IMG/VR virus record: IMGVR_UViG_3300019731_000001
Coordinates: 1-36,731 of that record
Source of the DNA: a virus
Lineage: Duplodnaviria; Caudoviricetes
DNA: 36,731 bases
Direction: 5' to 3' (one strand)
The notes beneath the pieces were generated by a model that saw only the letters and a list, made by a program, of their open reading frames with translations, was not told the DNA's origin and searched no databases. This document shows positions 18,694-26,561 of the stretch, piece by piece (positions within the stretch are counted from its first letter, which is position 1; the number at the start of each line of letters is the position of its first letter). The translations under genes were made by a program, and so were the position numbers.

Positions 18694-18974
18694 TCCTTAA
18701 CCTCCATGATGGATTTTTGGGCCACTTCGGTACACGGTATGATTTCAATTACTTCCGTCAATAAGATTTCCTCGACTACGCAAGGAAATTTGCATTTTTC
18801 AGGTTTACTCGTTCCTCGGACTGCTAGCTCGCTTAATGAGGAAGCACCATCCCAATACCAAAGCCTTCGGGCTTCTTTTATTATTACTCGTTTTCCATCT
18901 TCGGACCTAAACGCTAATATTCCAGCAAATACTCCAGCTGAGTAAGTCCTAATAATACAATATTTATTAATCAT
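18678..18974 (-). CDS. DUF6948-like phage protein
   Basis: YCIIRTYSAGVFAG...ARRLWYWDGASSLSELAVRG...ILLTEVIEIIPCT. ATG 18974 overlaps the upstream stop. Confidence 0.7.
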   Translation of the reverse strand: MINKYCIIRTYSAGVFAGILAFRSEDGKRVIIKEARRLWYWDGASSLSELAVRGTSKPEKCKFPCVVEEILLTEVIEIIPCTEVAQKSIMEVKEWTSH

Positions 18975-19192
18975 AATTTCCCCCACTCGATTTTAAAACC
19001 AAATTTTTTCAAAATTATTTCATCAGCGAATTCTTTATCAGCATCCCCCATAATTACTCGGCAAATAAGATTACAAATAGCTAATCTCTCACCGAGTCCT
19101 TTTACGTTCGTTCCCGATAGTCCTGTAATAAATCGTATCGCTTCAACAGGAAAAAAAACGTTAACATTTTCATTCATCTTTATTCTCATCAA
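18971..19192 (-). CDS. Hypothetical protein
   Basis: Fills the gap in a coupled minus-strand operon; start may be 19177. Confidence 0.5.
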   Translation of the reverse strand: MMRIKMNENVNVFFPVEAIRFITGLSGTNVKGLGERLAICNLICRVIMGDADKEFADEIILKKFGFKIEWGKL

Positions 19193-19841
19193 TTAAATTT
19201 TCGAGTATAATTTCACTTTGAGTTTTGGGTTTAGCGTTTTTGCTTTCGTTTACAGACGATTCTAATTGAGTATCCTCTTGAGGCTCGGTTTTCTCCTCAA
19301 GAGGTTTTTTTTCAGGTTTGACTGTAATTGTTTCAATCTCGTCGGTTGTGTGACTGGTAACTGTTAAAACATCGGGGAACATGACACGACAAGCTCTCGA
19401 AATCGCTCTCCATAGCAACATATCGGCTGGATAATGTTTCCAGTTGTCCTTTGCTAGAAGTCCAGCATCTTTTGCTTGGGTGATTGTGTAGCAAAATTTT
19501 CCGCAACTTTCTCTATCACGCCCTAAATGCACTTCAGCCGCTTGAGCGGTGTTACTCACAATTTTATAATATGCCTGTGGATATCTTTTCAACACCAGGC
19601 TAATCATCAGTTTTGCTTCAAGCGTTGGCTTACCTTTAATTACGCTGATATTCATCAGAGCGGTCATTGGCGCAAGTCCTAGCTCACGACCCATTAGAAC
19701 GATACTGACACATTTTTCGATGGTGTTGATAGATGAGGGTAGAAAACCTGATTTAACAAGCACGCCGCATTGTTTCCAGGTCAGTTCCCATTGGTTTTGA
19801 GATAGCAAAAATTGTTGTTCATACGGTTGTAGTTCAGTCAT
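19170..19841 (-). CDS. RecT/Bet-like single-strand annealing protein
   Basis: SGFLP, GRELGLAPMTALMNISVIKGKP, AKDAGL..KDNWKHYPADMLLWRA...R..FPDVL; acidic tail; near a Gp157-like gene. Confidence 0.65.
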   Translation of the reverse strand: MTELQPYEQQFLLSQNQWELTWKQCGVLVKSGFLPSSINTIEKCVSIVLMGRELGLAPMTALMNISVIKGKPTLEAKLMISLVLKRYPQAYYKIVSNTAQAAEVHLGRDRESCGKFCYTITQAKDAGLLAKDNWKHYPADMLLWRAISRACRVMFPDVLTVTSHTTDEIETITVKPEKKPLEEKTEPQEDTQLESSVNESKNAKPKTQSEIILENLIDENKDE

Positions 19842-20136
19842 TAAATTTTTCCTTTAAAATAGCTGTTAATTTGTCGGTGTCAATTACAGGAAATTCCTTA
19901 AATTCAAATCCACCGCCATTTGCTTCTTCTTGGATTACAATAAACCCGCGAGAATACCAATCATAAATGCATGTCATAGGGTTTTTAAACCATTTACTAG
20001 TGGTTAGAATTGATTTCCCATCCATTGCGTAGATGGCTTTTGGACGACACCATTTTTCCGTTGGACCTCGATAGTTTGTTCTATTCTTTTTCCGTTGTAT
20101 TATTGGATCATTTTTTCTAAAAACGCGATTGTTCAT
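19834..20136 (-). CDS. Hypothetical protein
   Basis: 100 aa, overlaps both neighbours in the operon. Confidence 0.55.
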   Translation of the reverse strand: MNNRVFRKNDPIIQRKKNRTNYRGPTEKWCRPKAIYAMDGKSILTTSKWFKNPMTCIYDWYSRGFIVIQEEANGGGFEFKEFPVIDTDKLTAILKEKFND

Positions 20137-20627
20137 TTGCGGATTCCTATCCTGGTGGTCAAGTTCTCTTTTAATTCTGCTATTGGCAGCGGTCCAGATT
20201 GAAGTATTGTTTTGATCTGAGCTTTATCCCACTCGTATAAAATTTTTTGACGCATGAGTTCAGGATATTTCGCCTGATTTTCTTCAGTTGGTTTTTCTTT
20301 CATCTCAACCTGATACGAACGTCTAACACCCACTTTATATGTCTTCCCGTATAATTCCGGTGTCTCATTAATATCCAGCAAAAACGCAATATAAGAACGA
20401 ATTCGTTTTTCAGCATTTTCAAGGCTTTTCGCTTTTTCTTGAATTTTCTGTGCTCGCTGTTTTAACGCAACGCTGCGTTCTTGCATATACTCAATAAGTT
20501 CAACATATCCGTCTATTTTTTGTTTAAGCCCGTTAAAAACGATTCCTAGTTTTTCAGGAGTTATTTCAATTAAACCGTCCTCGATATCAGAAATCAGATT
20601 CAAGTACTCTTGAAGTGTCGTTTTCAT
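20133..20627 (-). CDS. Siphovirus Gp157-like protein
   Basis: KIDGYVELI...coiled coil...KSLENAEKRIRSYI...DKAQIK..L; RBS gaggtg favours ATG 20627. Confidence 0.65.
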   Translation of the reverse strand: MKTTLQEYLNLISDIEDGLIEITPEKLGIVFNGLKQKIDGYVELIEYMQERSVALKQRAQKIQEKAKSLENAEKRIRSYIAFLLDINETPELYGKTYKVGVRRSYQVEMKEKPTEENQAKYPELMRQKILYEWDKAQIKTILQSGPLPIAELKENLTTRIGIRK

Positions 20628-20776
20628 TGTTTCACCTCTTCTTTGTGTGAGAATCTTCTCCACTTTGCAAATTCAGCATGAAGCTCATAAACTCGCATTT
20701 GAAGCTCAATAAGGTCATCGCTGATTTCGCCTAATTTTGACAGTAATTCATAAAATCCTTTTGGTTCAGTCGTCAT
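20624..20776 (-). CDS. Small hypothetical protein (50 aa, not in the ORF track)
   Basis: Read manually: MTTEPKGFYELLSKLGEISDDLIELQMRVYELHAEFAKWRRFSHKEEVKQ*; aagga RBS; ATGA overlap with the next gene. Confidence 0.55.
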   Translation of the reverse strand: MTTEPKGFYELLSKLGEISDDLIELQMRVYELHAEFAKWRRFSHKEEVKQ

Positions 20777-20792
20777 TTGTTTTTTCCTTTTT

Positions 20793-21194
20793 TTATTTTT
20801 CAATGTTCATGGTTTTAATATCCCATGCGATAATATCAAATTTTGTGTTTGCTTTAGCAAGTTCCTTGCTCGGATAAAACGTTGTTGGAGGATAGATGCA
20901 ATTCGAGTCTACATCAAATGTTATAGCACCATAAAAATTCCGTTTGGGTACTATTTTTTTCCAAATATTTTTTTGGTCATCCCAAAGAGCCGGCGCTCCA
21001 GGATCCTTGGGGCTAGAATTGTGCATAACACCGTAGGCTTTCAGTTCGCCGTTGTCGGCAATCCCCTTCATTTCGAAAATTGCACCGTATATATTTTGAG
21101 CGATGCATTTTTTACCTGGCGTTGTCGCGTCCCAAATTTCTTTTAATGTTTTGTTGCAAATACTAACATTACTTACATTAACCTTAGTTTCCAT
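20793..21194 (-). CDS. Hypothetical protein
   Basis: RBS aggag before ATG 21194 (METKVN...). Confidence 0.55.
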   Translation of the reverse strand: METKVNVSNVSICNKTLKEIWDATTPGKKCIAQNIYGAIFEMKGIADNGELKAYGVMHNSSPKDPGAPALWDDQKNIWKKIVPKRNFYGAITFDVDSNCIYPPTTFYPSKELAKANTKFDIIAWDIKTMNIEK

Positions 21195-21202
21195 GTTTTC
21201 TC

Positions 21203-21652
21203 CTAAAATGGAATAGTCCTGAAATCCCAAAAGGCCCTTAATAATTTCGATATAGGAAATCCAGGACATGTTTTTTCCCCGTTAAAATGATTATGTGAAT
21301 AAATATCGGCAAAATCCAAACCGTAAGTATGCATGATGCCGCAACAAACTGAATACATCGCAGCGATTTGCATATTTGTTGGTTTTTCAGTCCCAATATA
21401 GCATATGCCAATGGAGTCGTCGTTTTCCCCATAACAATGAGCACCAATCATGTTGTCGTCGCGCCCCTTTTGAACTCTTCCATTTCTTTGTATTACATAA
21501 TGGTAGCCTATTCTGTCAAATCCTCTTTTTTTATGCCATTTGTCTATGTCTTTAGCACCGAATTTGTTGAAGTCTTTGTCGCCAACGTCATAATCAGGAG
21601 TTTCAGAGCAATGAATGATGATTTTTTTAACATTTCGTGGTTGTAGTCGCAT
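21203..21652 (-). CDS. N-acetylmuramoyl-L-alanine amidase (T7 lysozyme-like, Amidase_2), probable endolysin
   Basis: IIIHCS, IDKWHKKRGF..IGYHYVI, GAHCYG.N..SIGICYIG, H...KTCPGF zinc ligands. Confidence 0.9.
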   Translation of the reverse strand: MRLQPRNVKKIIIHCSETPDYDVGDKDFNKFGAKDIDKWHKKRGFDRIGYHYVIQRNGRVQKGRDDNMIGAHCYGENDDSIGICYIGTEKPTNMQIAAMYSVCCGIMHTYGLDFADIYSHNHFNGEKTCPGFPISKLLRAFWDFRTIPF

Positions 21653-21659
21653 ATTTCCC

Positions 21660-22934
21660 TCATATTTCAGTGAATCTACAATATTGCAATTCGGCTAGTA
21701 ATTGTATGTCAGCTTCGCTTCCAAATCTGTTGCCTTGAATTTTCAACATTGCGTTCGGTTGCGAATTTGATGTCGGATGCTCATGTTCGTTTGTTCTATC
21801 TCTTGTCAATATTCCGATTATGTCCGCGTCCTGTTCGATGCCTCCGCAATCCTTTATGTAAGCCATGCCGTCGTCAGCCTGAGCATGAACGAAGGCTCGG
21901 TTTAATTGTGCAATGACGATAATTGGAATGTTTAAAGTTTTGCAAATGTCTTGAATTCGATTTGTGATCTCGCTCAAATCTTGGTAGCGGGAACGCGAAT
22001 GATCGATGTGATATCGCTGTATGTAGTCAATTACAGCGATTTCACACAAACCCTTTTTTGCGCGGTCTTTTAAAATTTTTTCAACTTTTTTGAAATCATT
22101 AAAACGTTTTCCAAATACAGTTACGTTTGTATTGTACAGTCGTTTTTGACACTCAACGTAAGCATCAATTTCGCTTTCGTTCATTTTTCCATCGCGGACC
22201 TTTTCGGGCTTGATTCTAGCCATTGAGCAAATTAAGCGGTTAAAAAGCTCTTTCCCGTCCATTTCGATGGAAAACGCTGTAATTTTTCGCCCATCAAGAA
22301 TTGGCTCTTTTAGCAGTGACAACCAAAACGACGTTTTTCCGACCTTCGATCGCGCTGCGATGACAACGTAAGATCCTTTTTTCAAACCACCTGTGACGCG
22401 GTCAAAAAATTTAAAACCAGTTTGAAAAGCATTTTCACGACCTGTTTGTGATTCATCAATGTCGGTTGTTAGCTCTTGCAAAATTTCGTTTGACGTTTCC
22501 CCATAGTATTCTTGCATAACTGTTGAATTTAAAAAATGCTCAGAAAGAGCCTTAGAATCGACTACAATGTCGTCAATTTCGTCGAATGGTTTCCTATTCA
22601 AAATCTTTTTAACGATGCCAGAGGCGGTGTTAAGGGCGTTTAGGCACGTCTTCTGAATCAAAAACTCCTTCGCATAGTATTCTGCATTGACAGCAGTCGC
22701 ACCTTTTTCGGAAAACTCAACGAGTTCATTAATATGATCTGGGAATATTTGCGCCAACAGAGCTACGTCGTAATAGCCCTGCGTCTCGATTAAATTTTGC
22801 ATGGCCTGGAAAAGGCGAGTGTATTTTTGCGAAAAATGTGAAGCGTCAATACCGATTTCGAGTTGCTTTTTAAGGCTTTCCCCAGAATTGATGGCGATGC
22901 CTATCAACATTTGCTCAGTCGTGAATTCAGTCAT
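21660..22934 (-). CDS. dnaB: Replicative DNA helicase (DnaB-like)
   Basis: TGF..FDRVTGGL, Walker A AARSKVGKT, FSIEM, VIDYIQ, AQLNR, IKDCGGIEQDADII, NRFG. Start 22934 overlaps the initiator stop. Confidence 0.92.
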   Translation of the reverse strand: MTEFTTEQMLIGIAINSGESLKKQLEIGIDASHFSQKYTRLFQAMQNLIETQGYYDVALLAQIFPDHINELVEFSEKGATAVNAEYYAKEFLIQKTCLNALNTASGIVKKILNRKPFDEIDDIVVDSKALSEHFLNSTVMQEYYGETSNEILQELTTDIDESQTGRENAFQTGFKFFDRVTGGLKKGSYVVIAARSKVGKTSFWLSLLKEPILDGRKITAFSIEMDGKELFNRLICSMARIKPEKVRDGKMNESEIDAYVECQKRLYNTNVTVFGKRFNDFKKVEKILKDRAKKGLCEIAVIDYIQRYHIDHSRSRYQDLSEITNRIQDICKTLNIPIIVIAQLNRAFVHAQADDGMAYIKDCGGIEQDADIIGILTRDRTNEHEHPTSNSQPNAMLKIQGNRFGSEADIQLLAELQYCRFTEI

Positions 22935-23736
22935 AAAAATTTTCCTCAGAGAGGTGTGAATTGTCCGTATATTTGCGTGTTTCTGTGGGAATTGCAATCT
23001 TTTTTTCGGATGCTTTCGCGGCAAAAGTCGTGAACGTGCCGCGAGGACTTTTGATCTCGCGAGAACTCGCCCAGGTTTTGAATTTGAATGCGAGCTCCTC
23101 GATTTCGTCCAGCGACAGGTTGTATCGCGTTTGGATTTCGTCGAAATATTTTTCGTCTCGTTTCAGGTCGAAAATTTTTTTCCACGACGGGACCGACAAA
23201 ATGTGAGTGTAGATTTTGGCATATGCACTTTCGGCGTAGTTAGGGATTTCAGTTTTTCTTTTTTTATTTTTAATTTTTTTATTTTCTTTTACTTCTTCAC
23301 TATGTATCCCCTCCTCTTGTCCAAACTCTTTCCCTCCTGTTTCCCTAACGTTGCCCTCGAACTTTACCTCGTCGTCGCCAGTAGCCTGATAACTGCTGTA
23401 ATTACAAATACTTATTAGCAGTCCTCTTTTTGCCTTGCTTTTGACCTCGACTGTCCCTTCTTTTGCCATCTTTTGTACCCTTGACGTGACCTGTTTTCGG
23501 GACAATCCGGACCATGCCATAAGTTCGGGGTAAGAGGTCAAAATCTCCCCTTTTTCTAATGGCTTACCAATATTCTTTAGTACAGTTTGACATGGCTTGT
23601 GTGCCGCGTTTAAAACCAGAAAGATAAAAAGGCTTTGCATCCCGCTGTCGCCGTAGAATTCGTTATTTTCCCTAGTATCTTTTTGCATTCTACAAAATTT
23701 CCTATGCATTTTTATCCAACCTCCATCGTGTCTCAT
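22927..23736 (-). CDS. Phage replication initiator (lambda O / replisome-organiser-like)
   Basis: GWIKMHRK N-terminus, LFIFLVLNAAH, wHTH-like GEILTSYPEL...GLS, ISICNYSSYQ, Lys-rich linker; directly upstream of DnaB. Confidence 0.8.
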   Translation of the reverse strand: MRHDGGWIKMHRKFCRMQKDTRENNEFYGDSGMQSLFIFLVLNAAHKPCQTVLKNIGKPLEKGEILTSYPELMAWSGLSRKQVTSRVQKMAKEGTVEVKSKAKRGLLISICNYSSYQATGDDEVKFEGNVRETGGKEFGQEEGIHSEEVKENKKIKNKKRKTEIPNYAESAYAKIYTHILSVPSWKKIFDLKRDEKYFDEIQTRYNLSLDEIEELAFKFKTWASSREIKSPRGTFTTFAAKASEKKIAIPTETRKYTDNSHLSEENFYD

Positions 23737-23739
23737 TCA

Positions 23740-23916
23740 TCACTTCCCCCCTCGGCGACCAAATTTTCCAGGGACTTTTTTGGGTTCAGGGAGATTCAAT
23801 AACACACGCACATAGTCGCTTACACTATTAGCTCCGGCCCGTTTTTTAAGCATTTTCATTTCATTTTCACTTAATCTTACCGATAAAACCAATCTGCGGT
23901 CGTTCACCAACTTCAT
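23740..23916 (-). CDS. Ribbon-helix-helix (CopG/Arc/MobC-like) regulator, 58 aa, not in the ORF track
   Basis: Read manually: MKLVNDRRLVLSVRLSENEMKMLKKRAGANSVSDYVRVLLNLPEPKKVPGKFGRRGGK*. Pattern is beta strand (LSVRL), helix, then S-V-S-D-Y-V-R helix. First gene of the replication operon. Confidence 0.7.
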   Translation of the reverse strand: MKLVNDRRLVLSVRLSENEMKMLKKRAGANSVSDYVRVLLNLPEPKKVPGKFGRRGGK

Positions 23917-23945
23917 AAGTATTTTCCCTTTGCATAAGTATTTTC
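23914..23945. repeat. 13-bp direct repeat CATAAGTATTTTC x2
   Basis: Copies at 23914-23926 and 23933-23945, over the RHH start. Confidence 0.8.
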
Positions 23946-23950
23946 AATGG

Positions 23951-23963
23951 TGTATGTCATACA
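23951..23963. promoter_or_regulatory. Palindromic operator TGTATG-N-CATACA, site 1, within a divergent promoter region
   Basis: TGTATGTCATACA next to TATAAT (23965-23970) and a minus-strand TTGACC (23985-23980). Confidence 0.7.
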
Positions 23964-23989
23964 GTATAATTCAAATAGAGGTCAACTAA

Positions 23990-24136
23990 ATGTTTAATAT
24001 AATTAAAGCATTGATTTCCCGGATATGGTGTAAGCATTACTACGCTTGGGTTAAGACGGAAATGATTTTGGGGAAGAAATACGCCATTCATCGCTGTTAT
24101 ATGTGCGGTAAAGTCAGGTTATATAAATATGATTAA
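23990..24136 (+). CDS. Small Cys/His protein (48 aa, possible zinc binding), not in the ORF track
   Basis: MFNIIKALISRIWCKHYYAWVKTEMILGKKYAIHRCYMCGKVRLYKYD*; GAGG RBS; C-x-H...C-x2-C pattern. Confidence 0.55.
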   Translation: MFNIIKALISRIWCKHYYAWVKTEMILGKKYAIHRCYMCGKVRLYKYD

Positions 24137-24145
24137 TATATAAGC

Positions 24146-24180
24146 TTGACTATTTTGACGCGCCAATGTATGACATACAT
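24146..24180 (+). promoter_or_regulatory. Promoter (TTGACT) overlapped by palindromic operator site 2
   Basis: TTGACT at 24146; ATGTATGACATACAT at 24166-24180 covers the expected -10 position. Confidence 0.65.
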
Positions 24181-24241
24181 CAGCTTTAAAAAGCGTTGAT
24201 AAAAACCAACCAGAAGCTTCCTAATAAATTTCAATCATCTT

Positions 24242-24270
24242 GCCCCTTAACTGGTTAGGGGCTATTTTAT
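24242..24270 (+). terminator. Intrinsic terminator-like hairpin upstream of the GH18 gene
   Basis: GCCCCTTAAC-TG-GTTAGGGGC followed by TATTTTAT. Confidence 0.55.
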
Positions 24271-24298
24271 TACTTTCAATACACATTTTGGAGGTAAT

Positions 24299-25498
24299 AT
24301 GTTCAGGTATCTTTTGCCAATTCTGGCGTTAATTCTTGCAGGCGCAAAACTTGAAATTACGCATGAAAACGACAAGGTCATTATTCAAGCGATCGATGAA
24401 TGCCCTGATGTTCCAACACCAAACCCAGATCCAACCCCAGATCCAAACCCAAATCCTGATCCAACTGATAAATGGATTCAAGCGTATTATGTAGGCTATC
24501 AACGTGGCATTTATCCCGTAGAGGCGGTTGATTTCTCTCGCATTACTCATTTAACGGTGGGGAGAATAGTACCGAGACCGGACGGCAATATCACAACAAA
24601 CTTTGACATTAACGACCGAGATGGTCCAGCTATGGCCAGAGCTTTAGAGGCGAGAGCCCATACAGCAGGGAGAAAAGCTTTGCTAATGGTTGGTGGCGAC
24701 GGAGCACACAGCGGTTTCTATGGCGCGACAGCGAATAATTTTGAACGATTTGTTTCTGAGCTTTTGCGCATTAAAAATTGGCTAAATTATGACGGCTTGG
24801 ATTTGGACTGGGAACCAATTAACCAAGAAGATAAACCGTTGCTTTTAAAATTGGCAAGGGAATTAAAAAGACGAGATCCAAACATCCTTTTAACTGTTCC
24901 TATCCCTTGGGTTAACAATAACTTTGCTCAAAATTTAGACGGCGAATTTTATACAAATCTCGCTTCAATTGTAGACAGAATCTCAATTATGTCTTACCAT
25001 ATGACTGGGCCATGGGGTGGATGGTATTCATGGCACACGTCAGCTTTGACGGGTGAAAAAGCGAATACCCCCACCTCAATATCATCGTCGGTCAAAGCTT
25101 ATCTCGCAAAAGACGTACCACCAGGAAAACTCCAAATTGGAGTCGCTTTTTATGGTTTGTGTTGGCAAGGAGTGACCGGACCAAACCTGCCAGCTTCAAA
25201 TGGTCGCATCGTCGCCTCAGACAACGTTATTAGCTTCGCTAACGTCGTTCGTGATTATTACAATGAAAACCTATACCTCTACGATGAGGCCGCTCAAATG
25301 CCTTATTTATCGTCTTCAAATGGAATTGGCCCGAGACGCTGTAATTTTCTGTCTATAGATGATCCTGTTTCAATAAGAGACAAAGGCGAATTCATCAAAG
25401 AAAACAACCTCGGTGGTGCGATAATCTGGACCGTGAATCAAGGTTATGTGAATGGTGGCAATCCGTTGCTTGAAGCATTATCGGATGGTGTGAAGTAA
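24299..25498 (+). CDS. Secreted glycoside hydrolase family 18 (chitinase/endo-beta-N-acetylglucosaminidase-like)
   Basis: Signal-like N-terminus, (PD/PN/PT) linker, ITHL, LMVGG, catalytic DGLDLDWE (DxxDxDxE), MSY, GVAFYG, LGGAIIW. Confidence 0.9.
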   Translation: MFRYLLPILALILAGAKLEITHENDKVIIQAIDECPDVPTPNPDPTPDPNPNPDPTDKWIQAYYVGYQRGIYPVEAVDFSRITHLTVGRIVPRPDGNITTNFDINDRDGPAMARALEARAHTAGRKALLMVGGDGAHSGFYGATANNFERFVSELLRIKNWLNYDGLDLDWEPINQEDKPLLLKLARELKRRDPNILLTVPIPWVNNNFAQNLDGEFYTNLASIVDRISIMSYHMTGPWGGWYSWHTSALTGEKANTPTSISSSVKAYLAKDVPPGKLQIGVAFYGLCWQGVTGPNLPASNGRIVASDNVISFANVVRDYYNENLYLYDEAAQMPYLSSSNGIGPRRCNFLSIDDPVSIRDKGEFIKENNLGGAIIWTVNQGYVNGGNPLLEALSDGVK

Positions 25499-25522
25499 AA
25501 AAAAAGGCCCCATTTAGGAGCC
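25497..25522 (-). terminator. Intrinsic terminator of the minus-strand secreted-protein operon
   Basis: Minus strand GGCTCC-TAAAT-GGGGCC followed by a T9 run. Confidence 0.65.
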
Positions 25523-25546
25523 AATGACACTATTCCAGACACATCG

Positions 25547-25900
25547 TCAGTGAGACGAGTTTGTGTTCGTGTTTGTGTTTTTGTTTACATTTTTTCCCCA
25601 ATCGACACACATGTCGTTACGGCACTTTGGATCGTTTGGGAGTGGTTTTGACGGGAGATTGCAGTATTTTCTGCACTTGAGATCCACAAAAACAACGGTA
25701 TCGTCGTCGTCGTTATCCATGTAAGTAAGCAGATCGCTAGCACAATCTTCATAACACTCCCCCAAATTTTCGTTGGTGATTGTAATTGGATCAAGCTTGA
25801 CGTAATTGTCATTGCCGTTTGTATTAACATTAACGTTCGTATTGTTGTTTTGTCCAAAAGCTACACCGCTTACAAAGATTAAACATAAAATCCATTTCAT
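25547..25900 (-). CDS. Secreted Asn-rich, Cys-containing hypothetical protein
   Basis: Signal peptide MKWILCLIFVSGVAFG; QNNNTNVNVNTNGN and NVNKNTNTNTN segments; ATGA coupling at 25900. Confidence 0.65.
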   Translation of the reverse strand: MKWILCLIFVSGVAFGQNNNTNVNVNTNGNDNYVKLDPITITNENLGECYEDCASDLLTYMDNDDDDTVVFVDLKCRKYCNLPSKPLPNDPKCRNDMCVDWGKNVNKNTNTNTNSSH

Positions 25901-26436
25901 TTGATAAAACCTCTCTTTCGTTGGCTCGTCGCATCTACGCAACTATTGTTATTATCGTTCTGATTAACATTGTTATTATTAACGTTAATTATAACCTCCG
26001 TACAACCATCTTCCTCGTCTTCATCTTCTTCATCTGTTTCTGGTGAGCTCCACCAAGGATACTTGGCTTCGGCTTTGTTACTAACTCGATGAAAAACGAT
26101 AGTTTCGTTCAAATCAGTAATCAGGATTCGGTCGCCGTCCAGATCGATGATGGCGCTTATTTCCACGAGTTCTCCATGCATGTCGCTATCCGCATACTGC
26201 ATCGTTATAATATCGCCTGACCTACTCCACAAACCCGTAGAGACATATGGCTGTGTATGCGTTTGGCACTTCATGACCTCTTGAAAAAATTGATCTTTCA
26301 AAAAAATCAATTCACGATAACATTTGGATTCGTAGCTTTGCCAACGCCCCTCAAGCCCAATTTCTTTTTCGGCTGACGTTCGTTTCCCACACGAAGTTGA
26401 TAAAAGTGTTAATAAAATAATTAATAATTTCTTCAT
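25897..26436 (-). CDS. Lipoprotein, lipocalin-like beta barrel possible, with acidic and Asn-rich tail
   Basis: Lipobox LSTSC after MKK-hydrophobic; LEGRW and TGLWS motifs; RBS ggaggt. Confidence 0.7.
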   Translation of the reverse strand: MKKLLIILLTLLSTSCGKRTSAEKEIGLEGRWQSYESKCYRELIFLKDQFFQEVMKCQTHTQPYVSTGLWSRSGDIITMQYADSDMHGELVEISAIIDLDGDRILITDLNETIVFHRVSNKAEAKYPWWSSPETDEEDEDEEDGCTEVIINVNNNNVNQNDNNNSCVDATSQRKRGFIK

Positions 26437-26476
26437 AATACCTCCATAATAGTGTCATATTATTGCTAGTATCAAA

Positions 26477-26489
26477 TATACGTCATACA
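26477..26489. promoter_or_regulatory. Operator-like site 3
   Basis: TATACGTCATACA, 11/13 match to the palindrome, upstream of the lipoprotein gene. Confidence 0.5.
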
Positions 26490-26499
26490 TGCAAGCTAT

Positions 26500-26526
26500 A
26501 AAAAAGCCTAGTAGTTACACTAGGCT
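26500..26526 (-). terminator. Intrinsic terminator after the RebB-like gene
   Basis: AGCCTAGT / ACTAGGCT perfect stem with a T run on the minus strand. Confidence 0.75.
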
Positions 26527-26561
26527 AAACAAGCAGATAGAGTGGATGCTCAACGCCCCTA

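Noticed and set aside
18219-18764. ORFs 18219-18647 (-), 18417-18764 (+) and 18566-18748 (-) with LA, QS/HR and WL repeats
   Set aside because: These are shadow frames of the hexamer array. The Gly-rich frame fits the operon coupling and the known gene pairing.
19968-19980. Fifth operator-like site TGCATGTCATAGG
   Set aside because: Only 10/13 and inside a coding region; likely chance.
24410-24466. ccagatccaa-type tandem repeats as a regulatory or iteron array
   Set aside because: They encode the Pro-Asp/Pro-Asn/Pro-Thr linker of the GH18 protein.
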